Source: a virus. Taken from it: 64,000 nucleotides of DNA. The position numbers and the translations under genes are program-made. Positions within the stretch are counted from its first letter, which is position 1, and every line of letters begins with the position of its first letter. Where the stretch lies: IMG/VR virus record IMGVR_UViG_3300009506_000005, positions 1 to 64,000 of that record; one strand, given 5' to 3'. The notes beneath the pieces were generated by a model, which searched no databases, was not told the origin of the DNA, and saw nothing but the letters and a program-made list of their open reading frames with translations. Below are positions 55,566-64,000 of the stretch, piece by piece.

Positions 55566-58021
55566 GCGAGCGAATTCCTATCACCGAGAGGCTCCACGCC
55601 TTGCGCGCCGTCGCCATCGGCGCGAACGCCGGCATAGTGTGGGAAACATTCCTCGCGGACAAGGAAGTCTTCCGCGTCGTGACGGAAGAGATCTCCCACC
55701 ATCCGAGCGTGACTGTCGCGGAGTGCAAATGGGGCAGTTCACCGAAGGAGAATGCGCGGCACATTGCCACGTTCGATCCCCCCACCTGCATCGAACTGCT
55801 CGACCTGATCATATCGTTGCAGCGGCGCATAGAGGATCCGGACACGGAGCTTTGTGACAAGAAGGCGCCTGAGTACGAGGTGGTCACTCTCGATGATCGT
55901 CTTGAATCCGCCATCGGGCATCTCTCGTCGCATCTCGGGGTCATCAACGTAGACCTCGCCGCGCTGATCGATGCGGCAATCGCCGAGCTCGTTCGCCAGC
56001 GTGAGCGCGGTGATGCCCTCGTCCTCACCGTGGAGATCCTGTCCAAGGCCGTCGAGTCCGCGCGATCGGAGTTTGTGAAGAGCGCCTCCGAGGGTGCTGC
56101 GATTCGTAAGCTCATGGACAAGGTCGGCGAGCTGGAGTCCGAACTGGATTCCGCCAAGGATCCCATCCCAATGGACAACGCCGAGCGCGAGATCAGGCGA
56201 GCGCGCGAGCAGCGGGACAGCATCTCCGATCAGTACGCACGCCTCTTGGCCGAGCTCAACCCGGGGCGCGAGGACCCGATCCTGGTTGTGAAGAAGCTCA
56301 AGGAGGCGTCCTCCGGTCCGGGCGAGAAGCAGCTTGAGCACATGAAGGACAAGGCGCGCATTCAGGCGAGTTCCCTCCAGCGCTTCAAGCGGGACGTCAC
56401 TGCCGAGCTCGGGCTTGGGGAGGACGCCAGCGTGCCCGTCATCCTCTCCGCGATCGGCCGACTCGATGGAGATGGTGGTGCCGCGGCAAAGCTCTACTCC
56501 GAGCTGTGCGAGCGCATCAAGCGGTCCCACAAGGAGAACGGCGGCCGCGAGGACGAGGGCTTCTTCTCGTTCGTCGACCGCATCTGTGGCGAACTCACAC
56601 TCACAAACGAGACCCTGGGGCGTGTGCGGCGGGAGAGGGACACAGCCCGGGCGAGGCGAGACGAGCTGCGCTCTCAGCTCATCAACTCCAAGGCCGAGCG
56701 AGGCGCCGAGGCCGAGGCTCTCCGGGTCGCGTTTGAGCAGATGTCCGAGCGCAGCGACCTGGACAACATCTCCGTCTGCGATGAGATCGTGGCCGTCCTG
56801 GAGCGCGTGGACGCCGAGGAGTCCCTGGCCTACATGGAGAGGCTCAAGTCGATGGGAGCGCAGCGGGACAGTGCCATGTCAGCTCTGGAGGAGTTGGAAG
56901 CCACGGTCAGTCTCATCGGGGACATGATCCAGCGGTATCAGGAGCACGGCATCCCCTCGCCGGCGAAGCTCGTCTCGCAGCTGGCCGAGGTCATGGAGAA
57001 CCCCGAGGAGGGCCCGCCTCTGGACCACGACGCGATGAAGCCAGAGAAGATGCTGGCTGCGGACCTCAACGAGGAGATCGCCGTCGCGGACTTCCTGCGC
57101 CGGAAGGTGGACGCCTTCGGCCGCTGGTTCAAGGCGAACTGCGTGATGACAAAGACAGACGAGAACGGCACGCTGGAGCTGGACGGCATCGCCCCGGGTG
57201 CGGAGCCGGCCGAGGAGTTCGAGCGCCTGCTCTCGGACAACGAGTACTTCGGAGAGGAGCCGCGCAGTGGATACTGGAAGTGCAACAACTGCGGCGACAT
57301 CCAGGACAAGGAAGAGGAGGTCAAGTGCTGGGCCTGCGGCAAGGGAGAGATGATCTATCACGAGGGCGTACCAGGCCACACCGAGAATCCCGATGTCCTG
57401 TACGACAAGTGGATCAAGGACATCATGTCCCAGACCGCAGAGCCCACACCCCATGATGTCTTTGCCTACGCCTTGGGCGCGAACGGATGGGTCGCTGTTG
57501 AGGAGGAGGATGGGAAGTGGTTCTGGGTTCTCGATGAGACCGGGTTCCCAGGGTTCAAGGGGCGTGTGCAAGCCTCGGACGCGGATGTCTTGGACGCCCT
57601 GGACAGGGACGACTACGAACACATGGTCAAGCTCCTCGGCGGAGGATGGAGCGAGGAGGCGCGCCAGTCGATTACCAAGAACATCATCGATCCCGCCAGT
57701 GATGTCTGGGAGCAGTTCGAGAAGTGGGCAGATCCCACCCGCGCCGGCGTCCGTCCCCAGCTCATCGGCGAGCCCAAGGAATGGGAGTGCGTGTACTGCT
57801 CAACCATCAACCAAGGGCGCTTCTCTTGCCGAGTGTGCGGCTCAGGCATGGGCTTCGAGGCGGCCGTTGCCACCAAGGCGAACCGCTGCGGTGACTGTGC
57901 CCTCTTCGATGGCGGTGGTCCGGATGACCGCTACGAGGAGTGTGTGGAGGGCCACGCCGAGGACATCACCGCGGACTCGCCGGCCTGCGATGAGTTCGAG
58001 GAGAGGGAGGTGGAGGAGTGA
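55562..58021 (+). CDS. Large Ead/Ea22-like N-domain + coiled coil + multiple Zn fingers
   Basis: NARHIATFDPPTCIELLD; WKCNNC..CWAC; WECVYC..N..CRVC; CGDC. Confidence 0.65.
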   Translation: MSERIPITERLHALRAVAIGANAGIVWETFLADKEVFRVVTEEISHHPSVTVAECKWGSSPKENARHIATFDPPTCIELLDLIISLQRRIEDPDTELCDKKAPEYEVVTLDDRLESAIGHLSSHLGVINVDLAALIDAAIAELVRQRERGDALVLTVEILSKAVESARSEFVKSASEGAAIRKLMDKVGELESELDSAKDPIPMDNAEREIRRAREQRDSISDQYARLLAELNPGREDPILVVKKLKEASSGPGEKQLEHMKDKARIQASSLQRFKRDVTAELGLGEDASVPVILSAIGRLDGDGGAAAKLYSELCERIKRSHKENGGREDEGFFSFVDRICGELTLTNETLGRVRRERDTARARRDELRSQLINSKAERGAEAEALRVAFEQMSERSDLDNISVCDEIVAVLERVDAEESLAYMERLKSMGAQRDSAMSALEELEATVSLIGDMIQRYQEHGIPSPAKLVSQLAEVMENPEEGPPLDHDAMKPEKMLAADLNEEIAVADFLRRKVDAFGRWFKANCVMTKTDENGTLELDGIAPGAEPAEEFERLLSDNEYFGEEPRSGYWKCNNCGDIQDKEEEVKCWACGKGEMIYHEGVPGHTENPDVLYDKWIKDIMSQTAEPTPHDVFAYALGANGWVAVEEEDGKWFWVLDETGFPGFKGRVQASDADVLDALDRDDYEHMVKLLGGGWSEEARQSITKNIIDPASDVWEQFEKWADPTRAGVRPQLIGEPKEWECVYCSTINQGRFSCRVCGSGMGFEAAVATKANRCGDCALFDGGGPDDRYEECVEGHAEDITADSPACDEFEEREVEE

Positions 58022-59232
58022 CTGATTCCAAATGCGTCACCCATCACCACGCTTGCGATTGCCGAGAGGCAAAGTTCGCGGAGCAGGAGTCCAGGTTGCG
58101 ATCGATTCAGAACGCCATCCGCGCATTCGACCGCATCGGAGAGCCTGCCGGCGAGCAGGTGGCGTCACTTCTTTCCTCCATCCGAGATCTCTCCGGTGCA
58201 AGACCGCCCGGGCCAGTACTGTCTGAGGTGGAGAATCTCCAGGCTCGTTCCCGCACACTGGAGGTAATCGAGACCACGATGCGCATGTCCAGGTCCTGGC
58301 CGGACGGTCTATCGCTATCGGAGGCTATCGCCCAGGGACTGGATGAGCGGGATCGCGCGATCGCAAAACTGGAGAGAGAACGGGAGAGACTGCGCAAGCT
58401 GCTCAGGGACAAGGCCGAGGGAGACCCCACCAACTACGCGGCCAAGGAGGCGGTAGTCCTCGCCGATCCAGACGCCGCCCACGCCGCGGTGATCAACGAC
58501 CTCAGGCGGGAACTGGCCCGGGCCAACGAGGCGAACCGTGAGCTCGTTCAGGCCGCGGTGGACAACGAGACGCTGATCCAGGGGATGAAGGCCGACCTCA
58601 AGCGCCAGGGTGAGTGCATCTCCGAGGTGGTGAAGTGGGGGAGGGGCGTGGATCTCTGGGGCAAGTCCCCGGACGTGCCTGCGGCCGAGGGTCTCAAGGA
58701 CGCTCTTGCCATCGCCCTGACCCTGGACGGTGACCCTGTGGTCATGGCTGCTCTGAGTCCGGCCCGGTCCCTGGTCAATGACATCCTCCTGAGCGAGCGC
58801 AACCACTGGAAGGACCAGGCCGAGGCTCACAAGGACGGCGTGGACATCGAGCTGGATGCGCTCAACGAGCTCGGGCTGCGGACGCGGACCCACCACGTGG
58901 ACGAGAGCGGCGGGTTCGTCTCCATCCTCCTGGACAACGCTGAGGTGGAGATCCGGACGGTGGACGAGAGGGACGCGGACCGGACGCGCTACAACGGGAA
59001 GCGTGAGGTGCTTATCACATGGTGGAACGAAGCGATCGGATCGAACGATGATCCCGAGCAGACCTACTGGTTCGGCGGCGACCCGAGCAACCCGAAGGAT
59101 CACGAGTACAGGAGGGTGCCGCGTGCCGATGGAGACAAGTGCGATCGCTTCGTCTGCATCCACTGCGGGGCCGTGGCCTGGCACCATACCGCGGCGAGGC
59201 CATGTACGCGCCAGATGGAGGCAACACAATAA
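58018..59232 (+). CDS. Coiled-coil hypothetical protein
   Basis: CVTHHHACDCRE N-terminal motif; C-terminal CIHC. Confidence 0.6.
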   Translation: MTDSKCVTHHHACDCREAKFAEQESRLRSIQNAIRAFDRIGEPAGEQVASLLSSIRDLSGARPPGPVLSEVENLQARSRTLEVIETTMRMSRSWPDGLSLSEAIAQGLDERDRAIAKLERERERLRKLLRDKAEGDPTNYAAKEAVVLADPDAAHAAVINDLRRELARANEANRELVQAAVDNETLIQGMKADLKRQGECISEVVKWGRGVDLWGKSPDVPAAEGLKDALAIALTLDGDPVVMAALSPARSLVNDILLSERNHWKDQAEAHKDGVDIELDALNELGLRTRTHHVDESGGFVSILLDNAEVEIRTVDERDADRTRYNGKREVLITWWNEAIGSNDDPEQTYWFGGDPSNPKDHEYRRVPRADGDKCDRFVCIHCGAVAWHHTAARPCTRQMEATQ

Positions 59233-59504
59233 TCACGGGTATCATCGTCATCGGAATTCTCTCCGGCGCCATGCTCTTCCTCGTGGCCGAGAGCGAGCTC
59301 AGTATCGGGATGCGCCTCTTTGCCCTTGTCCTCATCGCCTGCTTCGCCTTGGCTGGGTCGTGGCTATCCTGGCGCTTCCTCCGCCCGGGCGCCGCCACCT
59401 ACTCCTCAGCGACCCCCGATACCCCTCCCAGAGTCCCCCCTCCCTCCCAGTGCTGCCCATGCCCTGTCACTGACACTCGCCCGCAGGGCGGGGGTTCCCC
59501 GTGA
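59202..59504 (+). CDS. Small 2-TM membrane protein
   Basis: Two hydrophobic helices, Pro-rich tail. Confidence 0.45.
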   Translation: MYAPDGGNTIITGIIVIGILSGAMLFLVAESELSIGMRLFALVLIACFALAGSWLSWRFLRPGAATYSSATPDTPPRVPPPSQCCPCPVTDTRPQGGGSP

Positions 59505-59686
59505 CGCCTTCCCTCATCGCCGCGGTGGTCTTCTGGACCTGCGCCGTCTTCTGTGGCTCGATGGCCCTGGTACGCGGTGGAGAGAAGCTCGCCCCGTTCG
59601 ATCGCGCCCTGATCCCCACGTCCCTCGCCATCCTCAGCGCCGTCCTCTGGTATGTCATCGGGACGAAGGGCATCCCCCTGGAGTAG
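59501..59686 (+). CDS. Small 2-TM membrane protein
   Basis: GTGA overlap; hydrophobic. Confidence 0.45.
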   Translation: MTPSLIAAVVFWTCAVFCGSMALVRGGEKLAPFDRALIPTSLAILSAVLWYVIGTKGIPLE

Positions 59687-59835
59687 CACGTACCGAATCA
59701 GATTGACGTCCCTACGCTCCCTCACCTTCCCCTCCAATCCCACTCCAACCAACGAACCTGTCGATATTCCTAGCCTTGTCATCCTGTCACCATGTCTTGC
59801 CATCTTGTCGCAGGTGTCTTGCCACTCTGGCGTCC

Positions 59836-59864
59836 TTGACACGACAGCCCCACATCGCTACCAT
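59836..59864 (+). promoter_or_regulatory. Promoter TTGACA-N17-TACCAT (leaderless transcript)
   Basis: Perfect -35, 17-nt spacer; ATG begins 8 nt after the -10; no SD. Confidence 0.7.
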
Positions 59865-59871
59865 CCTTCCC

Positions 59872-60678
59872 ATGGCAGGCAAGCGCAAACCACTGAAAAC
59901 TCAACGCCGTAAGTGCGGACCCAAACCACCCGGCGAGGAGATCAACTACAAGTACATCGACCGACTCATCGTCCATGGCGAAACCAGAGTAGACCCAACT
60001 ACCAAAGAAAAAATGGTCACTTACCCCACATACAGGGAACTCGCCGCACGATTCGGAGTCTCGCATACCACCATCTCCAACTACGCCAGACGACATAACT
60101 GTATAGAAAGACGCAAGAAAGCCATCCAGCGGGAGCACGAGAAGATTGACCAGACACTCGCTGAACTGAGGTCGGATGCCCGCGCCCTCTCGATCGAGGA
60201 TGAGCTTCGCATGGTTGACAGTGCCCTCCTCGATGCCTGGACCCGGATCAAGGAGGGGGGGCTGAGAGTCGACTCCATCTCTGACCTCAACGTTGCGATA
60301 AGACTCAAGAAGTTCCTCATGGGTGACGTGGAGAGCCGCGTCGCCGTCCAGCATGGGATCGCCATCGAGGACATCCAGAAGCGGCACCAAGCTGCGGTGA
60401 AGCTGGCGAACACGGTCGCGGACGAGGCCGAGCAGGAGCGGGCCCGCCTCCTGGCTGGCGAGGTGGATGACGCCCCCATCGACGTGGAGTTCACCGCAGA
60501 GGACAAGAAGCCCGAGGAGAGCTCGCCGGCCGAGGAGCCCGCAGGACCCCAGGAGAGCCACGAGGATGCGCCTGAGGAGCCGAATGAGGACGATCCCTTG
60601 GCCACCATCATGCGGCTGGAGAACGAGAGCACAGAGCAAGAGAGCGGCCCGAGGCCTCCTCTGGTAGCTGGGGCCTGA
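59872..60678 (+). CDS. HTH protein, probable terminase small subunit
   Basis: PTYRELAARFGVSHTTISNYA HTH, helical oligomerisation-like core, acidic disordered tail. Confidence 0.55.
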   Translation: MAGKRKPLKTQRRKCGPKPPGEEINYKYIDRLIVHGETRVDPTTKEKMVTYPTYRELAARFGVSHTTISNYARRHNCIERRKKAIQREHEKIDQTLAELRSDARALSIEDELRMVDSALLDAWTRIKEGGLRVDSISDLNVAIRLKKFLMGDVESRVAVQHGIAIEDIQKRHQAAVKLANTVADEAEQERARLLAGEVDDAPIDVEFTAEDKKPEESSPAEEPAGPQESHEDAPEEPNEDDPLATIMRLENESTEQESGPRPPLVAGA

Positions 60679-61341
60679 ATTATATTAGGGCTCCTTAGGC
60701 CCTCACACCATCCGGTCATCGCATCAATCTGCCGAACGCTGAACAAGCTGGTCTCATCAAACCGCCGGCTGAGACCTGACCCGCCTGTGGATCGTTCGGC
60801 TGACCCCCCTCGCCAGCCTGGCCGATTGCCTACTTCACGTAATAGTGGCAATGGTTTCGGGGTGTGCTCGTATGATTCCGCGTAGTTACGAGAGAGCGTG
60901 GCCCCTGGATGCCAGGTACCCGTTGCCACTTTCGCTAGCTGGACCAGGGGCCGACGCCTACCGCAGAGGGCGACGACCCGTAAGATCCTGTAACCATTAA
61001 TAAAACCCAAAATTTCAAAAATACTGTAATTCAGGGTAGGCGCATCCCCCTCCACACACTGGGTGGGATCTGGTTCCTTTCCAGGGAAAGGCTAATGATA
61101 GTGGGTAGTTAGTGGGTTTACAGGGGGAGTGGGCGGTTTCTGGAACCTTTCCACGTTAGTCTAATGAAAACGTGGAGTTATGAGAATTCGCAAGGTTTCC
61201 AGTGGATTGTTGTTGGATGTGGGAGATGGTAGCGGAGAGTATCGATGTAAAGGAATGGGGCCGATGGAGGCTGTATTGTCAATCGAGGATGGTGTGTGAT
61301 GGCGGTTTGTTGCTCACGTATGAGCGGCGAGGGCGGTTGTT

Positions 61342-61442
61342 GTTCATGGATCGGGGTTTGATTTCACGAAAGGGCCTTTCTGTTTCACGGATCGGGGTTT
61401 CGTTTCAGGAATGGGGCTAGAATTTCACGGATCGAGGATTCT
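61342..61442 (+). repeat. Five tandem ~20-bp repeats, consensus TTTCACGGATCGGGGTTT
   Basis: Units start at 61342, 61362, 61383, 61403, 61423. Confidence 0.75.
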
Positions 61443-62023
61443 GAAAATCCGGGATCTTGGGGGTGGTGGGGATTTGAAGCTTGACGGAAAGAAAGTGGTG
61501 TGGATAGTGTCGGGGGTGAGCCGGTCTCCGGCGGGGTGCTTGGTCTTGGAGCTGCGATGCCCCCCCCCACATCCACGCGAGACCATGTGCTGGAGGCCGG
61601 CGTTTTTTCTTGGTCCTGTTCCTCCTTCATTCAGTGGACTAGATCGCGGGATTCTTGGGTGGAGTAGTCCAGGGGCTTCGTGAGGCTGCGGAGAATGGGC
61701 GTGAGGGGGCGTTTGGGAGTGGACTAGTTGATGGGTAGGTAGTGCGTAGGTAGTCCACTGAATGCGATTGTGGGGAGGCTGGGAGGGGAACGGGGGCCCC
61801 GCCCGCGGGGCGGGCTCCTGGGGCTGGGAGCAGAGGGCTTGGTGGCCGGGCCCGGGGGGAGTGGATCCGCTTGGTGGCGGCGCCCGGAGCATGGGAGATC
61901 ATCTGCTTCCGCTGGTCTTCGATCGCGCGCACGCGACTTGACCCCGCCCAGCTGTCGTGCGAGGATGGATCCAGATGCCGGGATTGAGCATCGAGACAAC
62001 CGAAAGGAGAAGGAGATGAAACG

Positions 62024-62404
62024 ATGAGAATCACTGCAAGGGCCCTCGCTGTGGTTGTGCTCCTGGCCGCGCTCGCGTTCTGCGTCGTGGCCTCCGCCGA
62101 CCAGATCGAGATCACCAACCACGAGACGGAGATCGCCGCGGTGGACACCGACAACGTCAGCACCGCCCCGATCGAGGTCTTCAACGGAGGACATCCCCTC
62201 GTCTCCCACGTGGACGACGCCGGGCTGAGCGTGATCGTCTGCCATACGGACGGCCGAGCCGTGGCCACGGCACACGTAAGCGCGACCACTGAGGATGACT
62301 ACTTGAAGGAACAAACATCAACACGGAAGTGGGTGAACGCTTGCTCTGGCGCTACTCTGCCACCGCGGCGTATCCCATTCATCGCTGGATTCGTGGGTGA
62401 GTGA
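62024..62404 (+). CDS. Secreted hypothetical protein
   Basis: Signal peptide ending ASA; SD AAGGAG. Confidence 0.55.
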   Translation: MRITARALAVVVLLAALAFCVVASADQIEITNHETEIAAVDTDNVSTAPIEVFNGGHPLVSHVDDAGLSVIVCHTDGRAVATAHVSATTEDDYLKEQTSTRKWVNACSGATLPPRRIPFIAGFVGE

Positions 62405-62451
62405 ACTCGTTCTTTCCTAGATTGATGCCCTGACCAGTCAGTACGATCCGA

Positions 62452-63018
62452 TCAATCCGAAAGACGTTTTTCAATGGCAAGGTCCAAAGTGGACAGGGCC
62501 CGGATCCGGTTGCGGAGAGACCGTTTCTTCTCGCGATCGTCCGTGGCCTCCAGCTCGGTGGAGAGATCGCTGATCACCGCGTTGAGCCAAGTGCACGCCC
62601 GCTCCCACTCCAGGCGGGGCATGGCGACGGAGATCAGCTGGGTGCGGCGCTCCTCGTCGTACACATCATCCGCGCGATCCTTACCAATGTCCTGGCGCAT
62701 GGCGAGTACCTCGCGGCCGAGGTCGGTGATCGCGTAGCCGTCTCCAGCCTGTGGAACGTGAACCAGGTTCCTCGTGATGAGCAGCGTCGAAACAGATGGC
62801 AGCTTGTTCCCCTCGGACATGGTGAGGAGATCCCCAATCATCTTGGCGTTGATCGTCTCGGCGAGCATGGCCACCTCCTGAGCGTGCTCCCCGTAGGCGG
62901 TCAGATTCCCGTCTCTCTTCGCCAGGCCGCGTCGCACGAGCTGAGACACTGCATCCGGGCTCGGCTTGATGGTGGGATCCGTGAGACACTCGCGCTCCTC
63001 CTTCGTGAGCTTGATCAT
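62452..63018 (-). CDS. Tandem winged-helix-like protein
   Basis: QLVRRGLA..LTAYG and LITRNLV..YAITDLG. Confidence 0.55.
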   Translation of the reverse strand: MIKLTKEERECLTDPTIKPSPDAVSQLVRRGLAKRDGNLTAYGEHAQEVAMLAETINAKMIGDLLTMSEGNKLPSVSTLLITRNLVHVPQAGDGYAITDLGREVLAMRQDIGKDRADDVYDEERRTQLISVAMPRLEWERACTWLNAVISDLSTELEATDDREKKRSLRNRIRALSTLDLAIEKRLSD

Positions 63019-63674
63019 CGCCCCACCTTCTCGCGGAAGACGGCGACCTTCTTCCTGAGCTTGGCCTCGTACCGCGAAAGCTGCTCGATGGCCTTGCGAA
63101 TTGGAGCGCGCTCCTCCCGCGGAACCAGCACGAGCTTCTCGGAGAAGAGGACCACGGCGCCGGCAAGCGCATCGGCCAGGGCACCCGCATCATCGATCCT
63201 CGGAGGTTCGAGGAGCTGGACGCGGCCGCGTTCCTCCATCTTTGGAACCTCTCCTGGTTCGTCGACAAGCAGCCCACGATCCACGGCCTCCCAGTACGTG
63301 ACCAGGCCACGATCGCTGATCACGTTGCGCTTCTGGTTCCTGTCATACTTGATCAGCCGGTAGCCGCGGAGGATCATCCAGATGTCCGTCTTGACGAAAC
63401 GCCTGGCCCATGTTTTCTCATCATCTGCGAGTATCTTGATAGCCTCGACAATCTTCTCACGGTTCTTCTTTTTTTCGAGCTCGTCCATGGCGCGGATCGC
63501 CTCGGTGCGCAGTTGCCCGGCAGATGTCCGATTCCATGATCGTCCATCTCCTTCCGGAGCCGATTCGAGCAGACCGAGATCGCGCAATTCGATCGCCGTA
63601 TCCGCGCTTCCGGTGATGTCCCCGCGCAGCATGTCCCGCTGCTCGTCCGTGAGCTTGAGGGGCAGGCCGGTCAT
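63015..63674 (-). CDS. Tandem winged-helix-like protein (paralog of neighbour)
   Basis: KLTDEQRDML; LRDLGLL..RTSAG; LRGYRLI..ISDRG. Confidence 0.55.
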   Translation of the reverse strand: MTGLPLKLTDEQRDMLRGDITGSADTAIELRDLGLLESAPEGDGRSWNRTSAGQLRTEAIRAMDELEKKKNREKIVEAIKILADDEKTWARRFVKTDIWMILRGYRLIKYDRNQKRNVISDRGLVTYWEAVDRGLLVDEPGEVPKMEERGRVQLLEPPRIDDAGALADALAGAVVLFSEKLVLVPREERAPIRKAIEQLSRYEAKLRKKVAVFREKVGR

Positions 63675-63913
63675 CTGGCCTTCCTCTTGGCCAGGGCCGC
63701 GGAAACTGTCTCCGCGATCCCCAGCGCCGTGAGCAGACGGTAGAGCCGCGGACGGTGGATGCCGAGCTCCTGGGCCAAGGCAACCAAGGTCGGCTGCTCG
63801 ATGGACTCCACGGCTGCGAGAACCTCTTCCAGGGCCCGGGCCGCTACCCGGCGATCGAACTTGCTGCGGTTGTCCGTGAAGACGGAGATGGAGTTGGAGT
63901 TGGGGCCGGTCAT
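63671..63913 (-). CDS. HTH DNA-binding protein
   Basis: LVALAQELGIHRPRLYRLLTALGI; SD AAGGAGG. Confidence 0.7.
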   Translation of the reverse strand: MTGPNSNSISVFTDNRSKFDRRVAARALEEVLAAVESIEQPTLVALAQELGIHRPRLYRLLTALGIAETVSAALAKRKAR

Positions 63914-64000
63914 GATGTGCCCTCCTTGTCCAGGTGCTCGCGGAGGAGCTTGTTGATGCGGCGGGCCATCCTGATCTTCCCCGTCTCGTAGGGATCCCGA

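Noticed and set aside
61342-61442. Possible CRISPR mini-array
   Set aside because: Units are contiguous degenerate 20-mers without unique 30-40 nt spacers; no cas genes
60081-61892. ORFs called across the non-coding region (60081-61055, 61202-61420, 61411-61683, 61425-61892)
   Set aside because: Low-complexity translations, no SD, atypical codon usage, overlap with repeats
1-64000. Stop-codon reassignment
   Set aside because: Recognisable genes are full length under the standard code and end at TAG, TGA and TAA

Overview
This is a 64-kb stretch of a GC-rich tailed dsDNA phage or prophage, probably a myovirus given its baseplate-J-like and P2 gpI-like tail genes. A Myxococcota/deltaproteobacterial host is inferred from a Cys-rich sigma70-region-4 protein and the style of the tail proteins. 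Layout: (1) 1-13,029 is the end of the tail/baseplate/fibre module plus two membrane genes. (2) 13,030-13,795 is a non-coding gap with direct and inverted TTCGCCATAA repeats (attP-arm-like) and a promoter. (3) 13,796-60,678 is a long, tightly coupled + strand early/middle region. It holds a DUF6744-like/MoxR-RavA AAA+/VWA triad, a degenerate Cas4-like protein, YqaJ exonuclease plus RecT, a replication initiator with internal repeats, RtcB, DnaB, amidase, RuvC-like resolvase, stand-alone TSCPD domain, DUF5131, RlaP-like nucleotidyltransferase, DUF1643, ASCH, DUF1937, many small ORFs and a probable small terminase. (4) 60,679-62,020 is a repeat-rich, strand-skewed non-coding region followed by minus-strand winged-helix genes. 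Most notable: (a) a promoter, pseudoknot/alternative-fold RNA and coupled leader peptide directly upstream of the replication initiator; (b) a ~5.6-kb island almost free of CCTG/CAGG, whose genes share a junction motif and appear to carry out-of-context fragments of virion proteins (possible decoy/mimic system); (c) Russian-doll nested domain insertions in tail proteins. No tRNA, rRNA, CRISPR array or integrase was seen. All family assignments come from motifs recognised by eye, not from database searches.
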